Part shown: piece by piece, positions 24,761 to 37,982 of the stretch | How positions within the stretch are numbered: position 1 is the first letter of the stretch | How the letters are laid out: the number at the start of each line of letters is the position of its first letter | Assembly (NCBI RefSeq): GCF_009914755.1 | Contig: NC_060925.1 | Reading direction: 5' to 3' (one strand) | From: the human T2T-CHM13v2.0 reference genome, Homo sapiens | DNA: 64,000 nucleotides | Notes under the pieces: model-generated | The model's database searches: none | What the model was told of the DNA's origin: nothing | The model's input: only the letters and a program-made list of their open reading frames with translations | Made by a program: the position numbers and the translations under genes

Positions 24761-27700
24761 CCTGTGGGCCTCAGCTCTGCATAGCACTGGCCTCTCCAGA
24801 GAATAAGCGGATGAGAAGACTCTGAGCTGCTCCCGCTCAAATGTGTCTGGTCCTCCTAAGGTCCATCTGGAAGTCACTCCCTGTGTGCAGCCTGCACATT
24901 TGAGAGGGCCTGAGGGTGACCAGGCCATGAGCCTCTGCACAGCTCTTACTGAGATCATGCACAAACCCCTCAGGAACCAACCAACGGGGAAGAGCTGGGT
25001 GAGGGACCCCAGGGGTCCTTGGTAGGTTCCTCAGCCTGTCATTCAGCTGCCACACGTGGGGGCTTTTCTCCAACAAAGGAAAGTTCTGGGCTTGCCCCAA
25101 AGGCCCTGCTTCCCATGGCTCCAGGGTGCAAGCCAGCTATTTTAGGGAACCCCCACCCCAAGCTGCATCAGCTCAGCCCATCATGAAGAATTCCTCCCGC
25201 ATCTGCTGTGGGGTGCCACGTTTACAAGCTCTGCAGTGTGTCACCATCTAAGTGGCCAGAGAAAGGTTATGAATGTGACACTTCCCAGGGCCTCGTGTCA
25301 CCTCACAGAGAAACCGCTTCCTGTGGGCGACCTGGGCTCCCGCCTCACCCCGGGCAAGGAGTTGCCACAAGCCTTTGGTTTGGGGCTGTTGGGCTTTTTT
25401 TCTTTCCAATCTTTGCTATGCTCAAAAACCAAACCAAAACAAAAGTATCTCACTTGAGAATGTCACAGCCAAGTCTGCGGTAACGTGCAACCTTCAGGCT
25501 CAGAGCCTCCTCCTGCTCTTGACCCAACTTAAATCAAATTCAGGTTTGAACAACTGTTAGAGCTGTTAATGTTTGAACTATGGCAGCCTGCTCTGGGTGG
25601 AGAAGCTGCTGCTCTGGCACAGCTGCCCCAGATCCCACCCTCCTCCAGAGCCTGAGTCAGGGCCACGGACGGGGTTCTGGGCCCAGCCTAAGGAGCAGGG
25701 ACTGGTGTGGGGCCTGCTATGGGGTGGGGAGAGGGCCTGATGCAGAGCCTGCGGGCTCGGGGAATGACTTACCAGCTAGCGGGGTTTGGGGGATTTTGCA
25801 CCAATGGCCTTCACCAGTCCAAATTGCCCAGATGTTGTTATATCAGCAGCTTGGGCATCAAACTCTCACCGCCGCAGGACCAGACATGGATGCTTCCACC
25901 TCGTAAGGAGCAGGACACCCAGTGGGGCGGGGCTGAGCTCAGGCACACACAAGAGTCTCCTCAGAGCTGGGGTTTCTTGGGAGCACGGGGGTTAGGGGAG
26001 CCGGCTTCTGCATGCGAGCTCCACGGGACAGTCTCAGTCCCCCTGCTGCAGTGCCGGCGGGAAACGGCAACAATGCCAGAGCATTCACACCCAGAGTCTC
26101 CTTAGAGCCCCTAGATTCCTTGAGGTCGGAAATCGCCATGCCCTGGAGAGACAGTGAGAGCCCCGCCCCAGCGTGCCTTTGCGGTGACCCACATCTGGGC
26201 AAGTAGACACTGTGGAGACTCCAGACACCTCCTCGGGGAGCCAGGGGGTTCGGGGGGAAGTCCCAGGCCGTCGTTGCAGACGTTTCTCAGCAGGTTCAGG
26301 CTCAGCGCCCCCACATCCTTGCTTTGACCTAGTCATCTACGCAGCCATGGAAATCCGTCTCTGTGCTTATGAAAAACACCCCTGCAAGGCCACAGAACCA
26401 GGCCTGGTCAACCTGGCGTGACAGACTTGATCCACCCCTGGGGTCCCTCCCTGCAGGCAGGACAGACGCGGGACCTGGAGCTTCTCTCCTGGGGGTGCTG
26501 GGCAAGCGGGGCTGGGGCATCAGTTCTAGCAGCCTGGCCCCGTGTGGCAAACCCACTCCAGCCTGCACCTCCGTGAGAAAAACAGCAGGGATTGCAGCCA
26601 GGAAGGAGCCCAGCCAACGCGTGCTGCCCTCCCTGCCATCCCCACGGGGACACATGGCCGAGCCTGGGACGTCCTGCCAGAAAGCATCCACAGGAAGAAG
26701 ACAGAGCAGGGAACAGACCCTGTCCTGGCTGCTGGTGTTGACCAGAGCCAACCAAAGCCAACCAGAGCCAACCACGCTGCTTCCATTTGGAGCTCTGGGT
26801 GGAGCTTGGCCTGCTTCGGTGTCCTCCTGGAGGCTTGCTGAGTGGGAAAGTGACTGCCACTTTGGATGGAGGTCCCCATACCCTCCTGGAGGGAGTGTGG
26901 TATATCGGCCAGCACGAGGCAAACCTCTCAGGAGGGCCAGGGCTGGATCCCGGGGTCCCAGCCGCTGACCGCCAGGGGCCAGGGCCGGCTTTTCATGTTG
27001 CTGCTGCTTCCACCCCTGCCCCGAAACCAGCACATCCTCATCAACACAAGACCCTTCTCTGCCCTGCTCTGGGGTCCCCAGATCAAAGCCAGCAGAGCCA
27101 GGCAACGGCACCCAGGGCGCCCCCTTGGCAAAGAGCTTTCCACTTGACCATAATGCGGGATCCCTTTAAAAATGACACATCTGTAAGCTGGGATCCCCGT
27201 TACAGAAATACAGTTTATACACAACTTTTCAGAGGCGAAACATACCTAAGCTACTCCCAACACGTATGGCAGAGACGGAGGCTCCCTGGACACACGTGTC
27301 CCCAGAGGAAGGTCCAAGGACTCCCCCACCGGCCCCGCACAGCAGCCACCTAGCAGCTGGCCTGGGTCTGTGAGGAGGGCCCCTGATGCTCAGCCAAGGG
27401 CCCTCTGTGCGACTGTGGCCTTTCTCCTGGGGGCCGCTGTGCACATCTGAGACCCTCCGGAAGGGGGAGGGGGAGCTCTGCAAGCGGAGGCAGAGGCATT
27501 CTCTAAGGCAGAGCGCACAGCATAGCCTGTTCACTGGGTGCCCCTCTCCTACTCACTGCAAGGGCTGGTTCGTCCCTTCGGGGGTCCTGAGGACCTCACT
27601 AAAGGCTTCCAGAGGGCCAGAGGTGCTTGTACTTCTTGACTATCCGGAAGACCCAGGTACGGCCCCATTCTAAAGAGCAGGTGAGCAGGAGCAGCCAGGC

Positions 27701-30700
27701 GGGGGAGCAGCAGGCACCCAAGCCACCAGTGGCCCGAAGTGGCCGCCACAGGCACACAGCAGAGAACCTTCGGTGTCCGGGCAGGGCTGAGCACAGGGGT
27801 CCTCCAGGACATCTTCAGCAGGTGCCAAAGGCCAGCTCCCAGTTCCTCAGAGCCCACCCCGCCTGCATGTAGCCACAGCCTCCAAGCAGCTGGAAAGCAG
27901 AAAAGAGGCTTTCTAGCTCCAAAGGGGGGACACCGAGGCAGGACCCCAGACAACCCCCACACTGTCACGATGAGGATGGTGGGAGATCGGGGCTGGGAGG
28001 GCCTGTGTGACTCAGAGGTCAGTCTCTGAAGCACCCTAGAGGGAGGGGCCCAAGCCCTGCTGGTACTCCCCCCAGGACATGGTGCTCCCCACTGTGTCCA
28101 CCCACCGGCTGCCGAGCCCAAGGTTTCGACAGACCCTGCTCTTTCCACGCACTGCCAATCACCTCTAGGCGTTCTGTGTTTCATGAGCCTGTATCTCAAC
28201 CCTTCATTTCACTAAAGATGCAAGAACCTGGGTCTGAGTCACCAGTGTGCTCCTTTATTTCTGACGGTCAGGGCTGCAGCCCATGGCTCACAAGCCAAAC
28301 CTCAGAGGTGCCACGAAGGACGAGCCACATGCCAGAGAGGAAGCCCGGCCCCCAACACCCCCAGGCTGCTGGGAGAGCAGTGACGGGGCCGAGTTTGGGG
28401 ACATACCAGGAGCACGCCATGTGCAGGTTGCAGGAAGGGGCAGGGACCACTCCTGTGGCAGGGGGCACAGCACAGCCTCAAGGCCCGGGCTTGTGTGGCC
28501 CCTGTCCTCCACTGGTGTGAGATCAGGATGCATAAGTCCCACCCCAGGGGACCTTGAGAAGCTTGGGCACTGCGCACGGTCAGATGGAAACTCCTCTTTG
28601 CTTCCCTGTCTCAACCAAAGTTTTCTTCAATGTTCATAGACGCTGCTGGGAGGTCGCTCCCCACCCAAGTGAAGACCCTGCCCAAAGAATAAAGAAAATA
28701 GGAATAGGAAGGAAGGGGAGGAGGGAACGAAGGAGAGAGAGAGAACTAAGGGGAAACTCCACAGCAGAGATGGCAGAACTCCGGAACCTGGGCTGTGGGC
28801 TGGCTGCCGAGGGCTGTGCGCTCCCTCAGAGCTCCACGGCATCTGGGGTCCAGGTGCTTTGGGGGAGATGGTCAGTGCACCCCAGGAGCGCCACAGCATC
28901 CCGGTGTCTTGGTGTTTAGGGGGAGATGATCTGTGAGCCTCCATGTTTGCAGGGCATCTGGGTGACTGGAGCTTTTGAAGGGAGAGGGTCTGTGACCCCT
29001 GGGGGCTTCCACATGGCATTTGGGGTGTCTCCGTGATTTCTGGTCTGTGGCTTTTACTAGATTTTCGAAGGTGTCTGTGGCCCCAAGAGGCTACAAAGTG
29101 TGGAATTTGGTGACTCTTTTTCTAGCGCGTTGCATTCCTCAGATCTGCCCAGCACTGACACAAAAGCAGAGCCCCCCAGGCGTGGACTCCACGTGTCCCG
29201 GGCCTTCTTCTGCCCTCAGAGTCCCACTGGGTCACAGGGTCCTCTTGCTGCATCTGAATTCTGGGCCATGCTCTTGGGGCTGTCTGAGACCCTGGGACCC
29301 TGGCCCTCATCTCTCCCCCAGCACGCCCCACTGCCTGAGAACCATCCAGTGAGACCACAGTCAGGCGGGAGCTAAGAGCCACAGCCCCCTCCAGCTTCTT
29401 CCAGAGACAAGCCCCAGACAGCCCACCCTTGCTCTCTGTCTCTCTCTGCGAGTTTAGGAGAGAGGCTGGCTTCCATCTTGGAGGAATGGCTGCCAAGAGT
29501 TGCCTGTTTCTCCAAGCAGCAGCCTCTCTCTCTCTCTCTCCCCTCACTCTTCCCCCACCCCAACCCTCCCATCCTCCTTCGTTTCCTCTCCTCCCACCTC
29601 CCTCTCAGCCTAAGCAGGTGGGCCCCAGGCTTGCTGACCGCCGACCAGGCCTCCTGTGTCCCTGGCCGTGGTGTGGCCCCATCCCACCAGCCACATTTCT
29701 CATTAGCACTGGGTCCCATCACCACCCAGCCCCCTATTGGGCATCAGGATGGGGATTTATGAGCTCACCTAGGCTCTGTGTTCACACCGGACCGAGGTGT
29801 TTCCAGAACGCCTTTCCCCCACCTCCTTCCATCACAAGAATGGGCTTTCTGTTTCGGCTACTCGTGGACACCATCAATTGTGACCATTGTGTGTGCGCAC
29901 GTGTGCGCATGTGCCTATGACAGCCCCATAGCCAGGGCTTCTTACTCTGAATCAGCTCATGGGTCCTTAAAGAAGGGGGTCAGGGTAAGGAGACCCTCTC
30001 CCCCGGCTCCCGCCAGCTCCTGGCTGTCAGAGGTGGACTCCATGGCCATGGGCTTCTGGGGAGCCTCCTGGCAGCAGCAGGAGACGGGACCGAGAGGGCA
30101 GCGTCCCAGGGCTCCTCTCCTCCCTGCATGCTCAGAATCCACTAGGCAAGCTGATGATGGATGCTGCGGCGTTCCCACCTGCACGCACACCCTGGACGGG
30201 GCCGGCGGCTGGCCATGCCCACTGAACCTGGAGGACCAGCCCAGAAGAGAGCCCACAAATTAGAAGTGCAGGAAACCTCAAATTATATGCAAAAAATGTA
30301 AAGGTTAAGAGAAATTTTCCCCCACTTCACTTGGTAACTCAGCATTTCTGATGGGGTTGATTTATGAGCTGGGGGAGCTGCCCGGCGCCGGGGAGTGGGA
30401 GACAGTGGACAGGAGGGCAGTTTCCTTTGGAGGTCCTAGGACTCCTGAGGCTCACCCCCAAACAACTCAAAGCCAGGCGTTTAAGCAGCGATCAGGCAGG
30501 GAACTGGATTCCAGATCTGGAGAGAGACACAGCCCAGTGGCCATGGTGGCCTCCAGATCACTACCTGCTAAAGCCGGCCGTGTGGAGACGTGGGCTGGGC
30601 CGCTCCTTCCCTCTGTGGCTCCCTCCTGTGTTCATTGATCACGCGCAAACAGAAGCGAGCAGTGAGCCCGGGTTGGTCACTTGCATGCATCTGTTCGTTC

Positions 30701-31315
30701 GTCTACCCACTTCTTATCTGTACTGGCCTCCTATGTCACGGAGAACATCCCAGGCCTCAGGCCTGCCCCGAGAGACTCCCAGAGGGCCTTGGAGGTGTCA
30801 GGGCTAGAAGACTTCACACCAAAACAGGCCCGGCTCCCAGACGTGGCTGGATGTAGCACGCACCCAGGTTGGAAAGGCTGGGCTCGCGCCCTAGGGCAGG
30901 CGGAGACATCGCCTTTGGCACAGATCCTTGGCGCTGTCCCCACCTGGTACAGTAAGGAGCCTGTGTTCAGGTGCACATGGCTGCGACCTTGGACACCACC
31001 TCCCTGAGTGTTCCTGTTGCCAGTGTTTCTTCCACCGATCCCTGATTTCCAGGAGCATCCAGAGCCCAGGGAGGCCCTGGTCAGATGCAACTTGGGCAGC
31101 CGGAGGGCCACCAAGCTGGGGAGTGGTGGCCTCTCTCTGTCCTTGTGGGTGCTGGCAAGTCTCATGCCAAGGGAAGCAGGGACCGGGACCTGGGACTGCC
31201 CAGGCCTGCTTTGTGGATTCCAGAGGACATGAAATCTTGTGGCTCCCAGAACAGGGCTCGGGGACCCTCCCTCTGGTCCTTGAGTCGGCCCTGGAGAGCA
31301 CACGGGGCAGCCATG

Positions 31316-31432
31316 GCACAGCTCTGGAGTCCGGCAGCCTGGGCTGGGAGCTGGCCCTGTCTCCAGGGGCCTCCATCTCCTCTTCTACAAAATGTACCAT
31401 GGGGCAGCAACACCGTACCCACCTCATAGGCC
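31316..31432 (+). mobile_element. MIR fragment
   Basis: gctctggagtccggcagcctggg...gcctccatctcctcttctacaaaatg...acctcatagg. Confidence 0.65.
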
Positions 31433-31861
31433 CGCGGCGATGAGCGAGGGGCCTCGACAGCACCCTGCATGGCCCTGAGTGCACAGAGACCCTGGGGAGG
31501 AAGGCGAGAGAGGACAGGAAAGGTGGCAGGAGGAGGCAGCGGTCAGGGCAGCACCTGCCCTTTCTGGAATCAGAGACAGTACAGGCCCAAGAAGCCAGGC
31601 CTGAGCCTCCACCTGCCTGGCCAGAACCACGGCCCAGGGCCACTTCAGGAGCATTTCTCTGATCTGAGACAGAAAAGCAGTGGCTTCTGAAGTTCTGTCC
31701 AAGCTCCTCCTCCATCTGCTCCCTCCTTCAGGAGTTCCCAGATGGGTCCAGCAGGACCCCAGCAGGGCTGGACCCTCCATGCTGGGACAGGCAGCCAGAT
31801 GTGGTCAGGCATCTCAGGGGAGACCCCACACCTGACTGTGATAGCAGACACAGGCCTGGCC

Positions 31862-32990
31862 CCTCCCAGCGCGCCCTTCCTGGTGCACCCTCCCCAACAC
31901 ACCCCCTCCCGGTGCACCCCTCCCGGTGCACCCCCCCAACTCACCCCTCCCAACACACCCCTCCCAGCACACCCCTCCCAAAACACCCCTCCCAACACAC
32001 CCCTCCCAGCACACCTCTCCCAGCACACCCCTCCCAACACACTCATCCCAACACAGTCCTCCCAGCACACCCCTCCCAACACACCCCTCCCAACACACCC
32101 CTCCCAGCACACCCCTCCCAACACACCCCTCCCAGCACACCCCTCCCAGCACACCTCTCCCAACACACCCCTCCCAGCACACCCCTCCCAACACACCCCT
32201 CCCAGCACACCCCTCCCAGCACACCCCTCCCAACACACCACTCCCAGCACACCCCTCCCAACACACCCCTCCCAACACACCCCTCCCAACACACTCATCC
32301 CAACACAGCCCTCCCAGCACACCCCTCCCAGCACACCCATCCCAACACAGTCCTCCCAGCACACCCCTCCCAACACACCCCTCCCAGCACACCCCTCCCA
32401 ACACACCCCTCCCAGCACACCCCTCCCAGCACACCCCTCCCAGCACACCCCTCCCAACACACTCATCCCAACACAGCCCTCCCAGCACACCCCTCCCAGC
32501 ACACCCATCCCAACACAGTCCTCCCAGCACACCCCTCCCAACACACCCCTCCCAACACACCCCTCCCAGCACACCCCTCCCAGCACACCCCTCCCAACAC
32601 ACCCCTCCCAACACACCCCTCCCAGCACACCCCTCCCAACACACCCCTCCCAACACACCCCTCCCAACACACCCCTCCCAACACAGCCCTCCCAGCACAC
32701 CCCTCCCAGCACACCCCTCCCAACACACCCCTCCCAGCACACCCATCCCAACACACCCCTCCCAGCACACCCCTCCCAACACACCCCTCCCAACACACCC
32801 CTCCCAACACACTCATCCCAACACAGCCCTCCCAGCACACCCCTCCCAGTGCAATCCCTCACCATGCACCCCTCCCAACACATTCATCCCAACACAGCCC
32901 TCCCAACACACCCCTCCTGGCGCACCCCCTCCCAACACATCCCCTCCCCGTGCACCCTCTCCTAACATACCCCTCCCGGTGCATGCCCTT
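31862..32990. repeat. 14-bp minisatellite (CACACCCCTCCCAR), ~65 core copies plus degenerate flanks
   Basis: Core ~31945-32850; 14-aa (3-unit) periodicity in ORFs of both strands. Confidence 0.98.
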
Positions 32991-33979
32991 CCGGCACACC
33001 CTTCTCAGCGCACTCATTGCTGGTTCAGGGCCCTCAGACCAGGGCTTCTCCTGGCTCTCCTGGAGGAAGGGTTAGCGCCCACCTGGCCCCCCTCAGAGGT
33101 GCCCCTCTGTGGAAGGAAGGAGTTAACCAAGACCTCCTCAGTCACCCCAGGGGGCCCACCAGGCAGAGGGGAAGCTCCTCCCTTTAGGGGCCACCAGGTG
33201 TAACTCCCACCCTGTGACTATCAAATTGGTCAGGGGTTGGGGACCCGGCCTCCGGGGACAAGGAGAAATGGCTGGGAAATGAGAGTGACAAGGGAGGAGA
33301 GGCTGTCAGGCCAGAGAGGGGACCCCACCCGCAGGGCAGCAAAGCCTGAGCGTGTACTCGGGACCAGGACCCCTGGGGGAGTTGTTGCCTCTGGTCTCCA
33401 GGCCTCTGCACCCGAGAGGGTCGGGGACAGACCGGAGGCTCAAGAACACTGTCCCATGTGGGTGAGAAACCAGCCGTGTCCCTGTTCAGACACGCTTGAG
33501 AGAGCCAGAGATGTTTACCCTGGCAGGGGAGGGTTAGTACTCAGGCCGCACGCAAATACCTGCAGGGCCATCATGTGGAAAAGAGAGGCTTATTCTGCAA
33601 GGTGAGGGGGGCATTACAAGAAGGGAGAGCCTATCCCCCAAGAAACAATTCCCAGTGACTCGATGCATTCAACAATACACTGGCTGCCTAGGAGCACAAT
33701 GGGTGCCTCCTCCACAGAGCACAGTGATATGGGCCTGGAGACTGGCTGTCCCAGTGCACAGGTGGGTCCCTAGACCTGCAGCCATCAGTGGCCGGATCAC
33801 AGGCATTGAGGAGGCCTCAGATGTGAGGTTGGATGGAAGGGGCCAGGGTTCTCCTCCAGGAGCTCTGCCATGACACAGAATCCACATTTCTGAGAGGGAA
33901 TTGGCCATCGCTTCAATGTCCTCCTGCTGGCTTCGGCCTTCTGCTCACCAAAGGCTTCTCGCCGCGTTCCCCCAGGACA

Positions 33980-34110
33980 AGCACACATACATGAACGCAC
34001 ACACATACATACATGCACAGGTGCACCCACACACATGCACACCCCCCACATACATTTGCACCATGCAGGCACACGCCCACACACAAGCACACACCCAGAT
34101 ACATGCACGC
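33980..34110. repeat. Degenerate (CA)n repeat
   Basis: gcacacatacatg... tract. Confidence 0.8.
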
Positions 34111-34224
34111 CTGGATGGCGAGGGGCTTGGAAGCACTTAAAATAGTGGGACACGGATTGTTTTTCCAGGGATTTATTGGGGAGAGCCCCAAGGCCTGGAA
34201 GTCAAGATGAAGCCAATACTCTTG

Positions 34225-34522
34225 TTTTTTTCTGGTTTTTTTTTTTTTTTTTTGAGACAGAGTCTCTCACTCTGTCTCCCAGGCTGGAGTGCAGTGGCGC
34301 AATCTCGGCTCACTATAGCCTCTTCCTCCCAGGTACAAGCAATTCTTGTGCCTCAGCCTCCCAAGTAGCTGCATACCACCACACCCAGCTAACTTTTGTA
34401 TTTTTAGTAGAGACGGGGTTTCCCCATGTTGGCCAGCCTGGTCTTGAACTCCTGACCTCAGGTGATCCACCCGCCTCACTCTCAAAGTGCTGGGATTATA
34501 GGCATGAGCCACCGTGCCCGAC
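34225..34522 (-). mobile_element. Alu (AluS-like) with small internal deletion
   Basis: poly(T), gagacagagtctc...; lacks gggattacagg after ccaagtagct; TSD gaagccaatactcttg / gaggccaacactcttg. Confidence 0.95.
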
Positions 34523-36426
34523 AGAGGCCAACACTCTTGAGTCAACAACCAGGCCCCAGGAGAACCCCATGCCATGGCTGTGGTCACTCACGCGTCATTT
34601 ACCTTCTCCCTGGCCCCTGTACCATATATGAAGAGAGAGAGCCCAAAAGAGACGCATGCTGAGAGGGAGAGATACAGAGACAGACAGAGAGAAGCAGAGC
34701 AGGGGAGACAGAGAGGAAGAACCTGGCACCCAGGCCACCACCTGTACAGGGGCTGTGAGTCCCCTGCCCCACAGTGACCTCCAACCCAGACCCGGCCAGT
34801 GGTGAGGGAGGGGGGGCCTCGTGGGTCTTGGCCAGCCCAGCCTCGCTCCCTTCCTGTGGCAGAGGAAGATGGCAGGGCTGCCGACCACAGCTCTGGCTTG
34901 GCGGGCCTTTCCAGCGGTTTCCTGCTGCGCATCAGCAGTCAGGGTGGGAGGTGAGGGGGCCCTAAGAGGCCTTTGTGCCTGGGGAGGGGCCTCACCACGT
35001 GGGGCTGGTGGCCCTGGGTCTGCACCCTAGAGGATGGGAAGCCTGCCTCCCTAGTGACAACCAGCCGCTTGTGGCCTCCTCCCTCCCATGCCACGCCCCT
35101 GCCACCCCTGTCCTGGCAAGAGATGGGGTGCAATGGGGCGGGCTGCTGAGTCTGTGGTTCTTGGATTGGGCTGGCCCTGGACTTGGGCAGGGCAGGCAGT
35201 GACCTCCCTGGACAGCGTGAGGACCCTTCCTGCAGCCCCTTTAGGGACCAGGACCTCAAATGTCAAGGGATTTGCAGTCCTGCCTGGGGCACAGCTGTGT
35301 CTGCAGAAGCTGGTAACACAGAGGCTGTCTCCCTGGGAACCTGCCCTGAGTCCTGAACAGCAGGGTGGCCACAGACTCCCCACCAAAGCGAGGCTTGAGC
35401 CAGCCGGGGCCCAGAACAGGGGGAAGGTGTTGGCTGAGCCCATGTCTTGGGTGCATTAGGGGTGAGTCCTGCCTCTTGGGAAGTGGCCTGAGCCCCATCA
35501 GCTGGTCCCTGGGCTGAGGGGGATGCACTCAGGAGCACGTACTCCTGGCTGCACCAATGGGGTGCTGTGACCCAGGTGCTCCAGCTTTGAAGACAAAAAT
35601 CCGGGTCCCAGGTGGGAGGGCACGGCCCGCCCTGGGTGAGCACCAGCCCTCAGCCCACAGGCACTGTGTACAATGTGCTGTGACGTCAGCAGGCCTCTAT
35701 GGAGAAGTGGACCCATGGGCTGGGGACGGGACTGGGATACTGCCAGCCCCATGTGGCCAGCTGTGCTCCTGCTACTCCATCGTTTGTATATTGAGCATCC
35801 CCCCGCCGCCAATGTTTTCCTCGGGCTCCAGCCCCTAGCCTAGTTATGCTTCTTGGACCCACGTCCCCTGTGGACCACAGGCCCACCTACAGTTCCGAGT
35901 GGACAGAATTCACGGCCAACCCTGGGCAGAGAAGGGACCTGGCCATTCAGTCACAGTCACTTGGTGAATGGAGCAGAGCAGCCACAGCCCACGAGCTTGG
36001 GAGCATTTCTGCCGCTGCCGTCTCTGAAATAAGACAGGCTTTGAGTGAATCTCCCACTGCCCTGGATGGAGCCAGAAGGGGCCCAGGGGCAGGCACGGCT
36101 GTGTGTGATAGGGAGCACAGGGACCCCAGGAGCACGCCCCTCTATCCTGGCTGACCTCCCGCCCTGCACCCCAATCTATCTCACCCAGCACCTCTGGAAA
36201 CCCTTAGTCGGGAACCCCAGCTTGGTGGTGGATGTCAACAAGGAGACTGAGAGCAAGTGGAACAGGAAAGAGACTCGAGGCCCTCTGCCTGTCTCTGCTG
36301 TGCTCTGGGGGCCAACTTTCCCTGGAAGCCTCAGGGGAAGAGGGAACACCATGCACAGAGACCGGGGCACGTGGACCACATGCTTCCCCATTGATTGGTG
36401 CCGACGTTTAACTTTTCAAAAGAATT

Positions 36427-36547
36427 CCAGCACCAGGCCCGAGATGGCTAGGAACCCAGGAGAGTGCATGCCCAGCATCTGAGGGTCAGCCAGCACCAGG
36501 CCCGAAATGGCTAGGAACCCGGGAGAGTGCATGCCGAGCATCTGAGG
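36427..36547. repeat. Two-copy tandem duplication, 63-bp period
   Basis: ccagcaccaggcccga(g/a)atggctaggaaccc(a/g)ggagagtgcatgcc(c/g)agcatctgagg at 36427 and 36490. Confidence 0.93.
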
Positions 36548-36647
36548 TGCCCAGAGTCAGCCTCCACTGTTTTCACTTGGACAGGTCACTGTCTCATCCT
36601 GACTCCCCTGGGTCCTTGTGACTCCCTTATCCATCACCCCTGCCCGC

Positions 36648-37035
36648 CCAGACACACCTGCTCAAAGACACACCTAAGGACACACCTGCCCACCAGGACA
36701 CACCTGCAGAAGGACACACCTGCCCACCAGGACACACCTGCAGAAGGACACACCTGCCCAAGGACACACTTGCCCACCAGGACACACCTGCCCAAGGACA
36801 CACTTGCCCAAGGACACACCTGTCCAGGAACACACCTGCCCACCCAGATACACCTGCTCAAGGACACGCCTGCCCACAAGGACACATATGCCCACCGTGA
36901 CCCACCTGCCTGCCAGGACACACCCACCCAAGGACACAGCTGCCCACCCACATACACCTGTCCAGCAGGACACACCTGCCCACCCATATGCACCTGTCCA
37001 GCAGGACACACCTGCCCAAGGGCACTCCTGCCCAC
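36648..37035. repeat. 15-18 bp minisatellite AGGACACACCTGCCC(ACC), ~20 copies
   Basis: Repeated ggacacacctg core with variable spacers. Confidence 0.94.
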
Positions 37036-37982
37036 AGAGACATAGCCTTTCTACTTTAGGGACCTGAGTGTAGTGTGGCCCCATCCCCTGCCCCCTGCCC
37101 TCCCTCCTGCCCTGTCTGGGCTGGGCTGCCCAGGAAGCTTGCCCAAGATGCTGCTGGTTTGAATTCAGAACCCAGAGTAGCTACTGGCCAGAGTGGGGGA
37201 GGCTGGGGGGCCTGCAGCCGCCACCCATGGTCAGGCTGTTTGAGGGGACACCGTCTCTCCACAGTGGACAGCAGGTCAGGTCTCCTCATCGGTGGTCCTC
37301 GGAGGAGTGGGGGTCACAGCAAATAAGAAAAGTCCTAGGGGTTGCCACTCTGCCCGTTCAGAGGCAACAGTGACAACAAAGCAAAGCCAAGTTGGTGCGC
37401 GTGTGACTTTGCGGGCGTGGTGAGAACAGCTAGGCGTCTTCATGCTGCTGGGTGTCAAACTGAAACTCTCCAGCTTTAAGGAAACCAGATGCTTTTCTTG
37501 CTCTCAGAGTGATGTGCAGGCTGCCCTGAGCATGCACACACACATGCACACCCAGCAACACCTTCACCTTCAGACACGCTTTTCTCTAGCGCAGCGTCCC
37601 AGCTCCTTAGCAGAGGGCTCTGCTCCCAGATGCAGCAGTCCCTGCCTTCTCACACGTGGGTCAGCTTTGCTGCGGGGGTGGGGGTTGCAACTCTGGAGGC
37701 TCATTTTATCGCCGGGCCAGGGCAGTGATCTGCTCGGTGAGAAAAGAAAAGGCCATTCCCTGCCTTTCTGCTGGGCTCCTGGAGACTCCTGGAGACTCCC
37801 GGGCATGGGCAGGCTGGGTGGGCTGGGAGCCCCGCTGATGCCCGGAGGGTGGGCTGAGGTCTGGACGCCGACTTGCCTTCCTACTTGAGCCCAAACAGCC
37901 AGGTTTCTGGGTGGGCAGAGGCTGTGTGCAGACTCCAGCACACAGGGCACCTCTGACTCCCGCTTCGCTTTCCTCCCAGCAG

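Noticed and set aside
31645-33203. 330-425 aa ORFs on both strands (HTPPNTPLP / CWEGCVGRG repeats)
   Set aside because: Translation of the 14-mer VNTR; open in nearly all frames, typical of a stop-free repeat unit.
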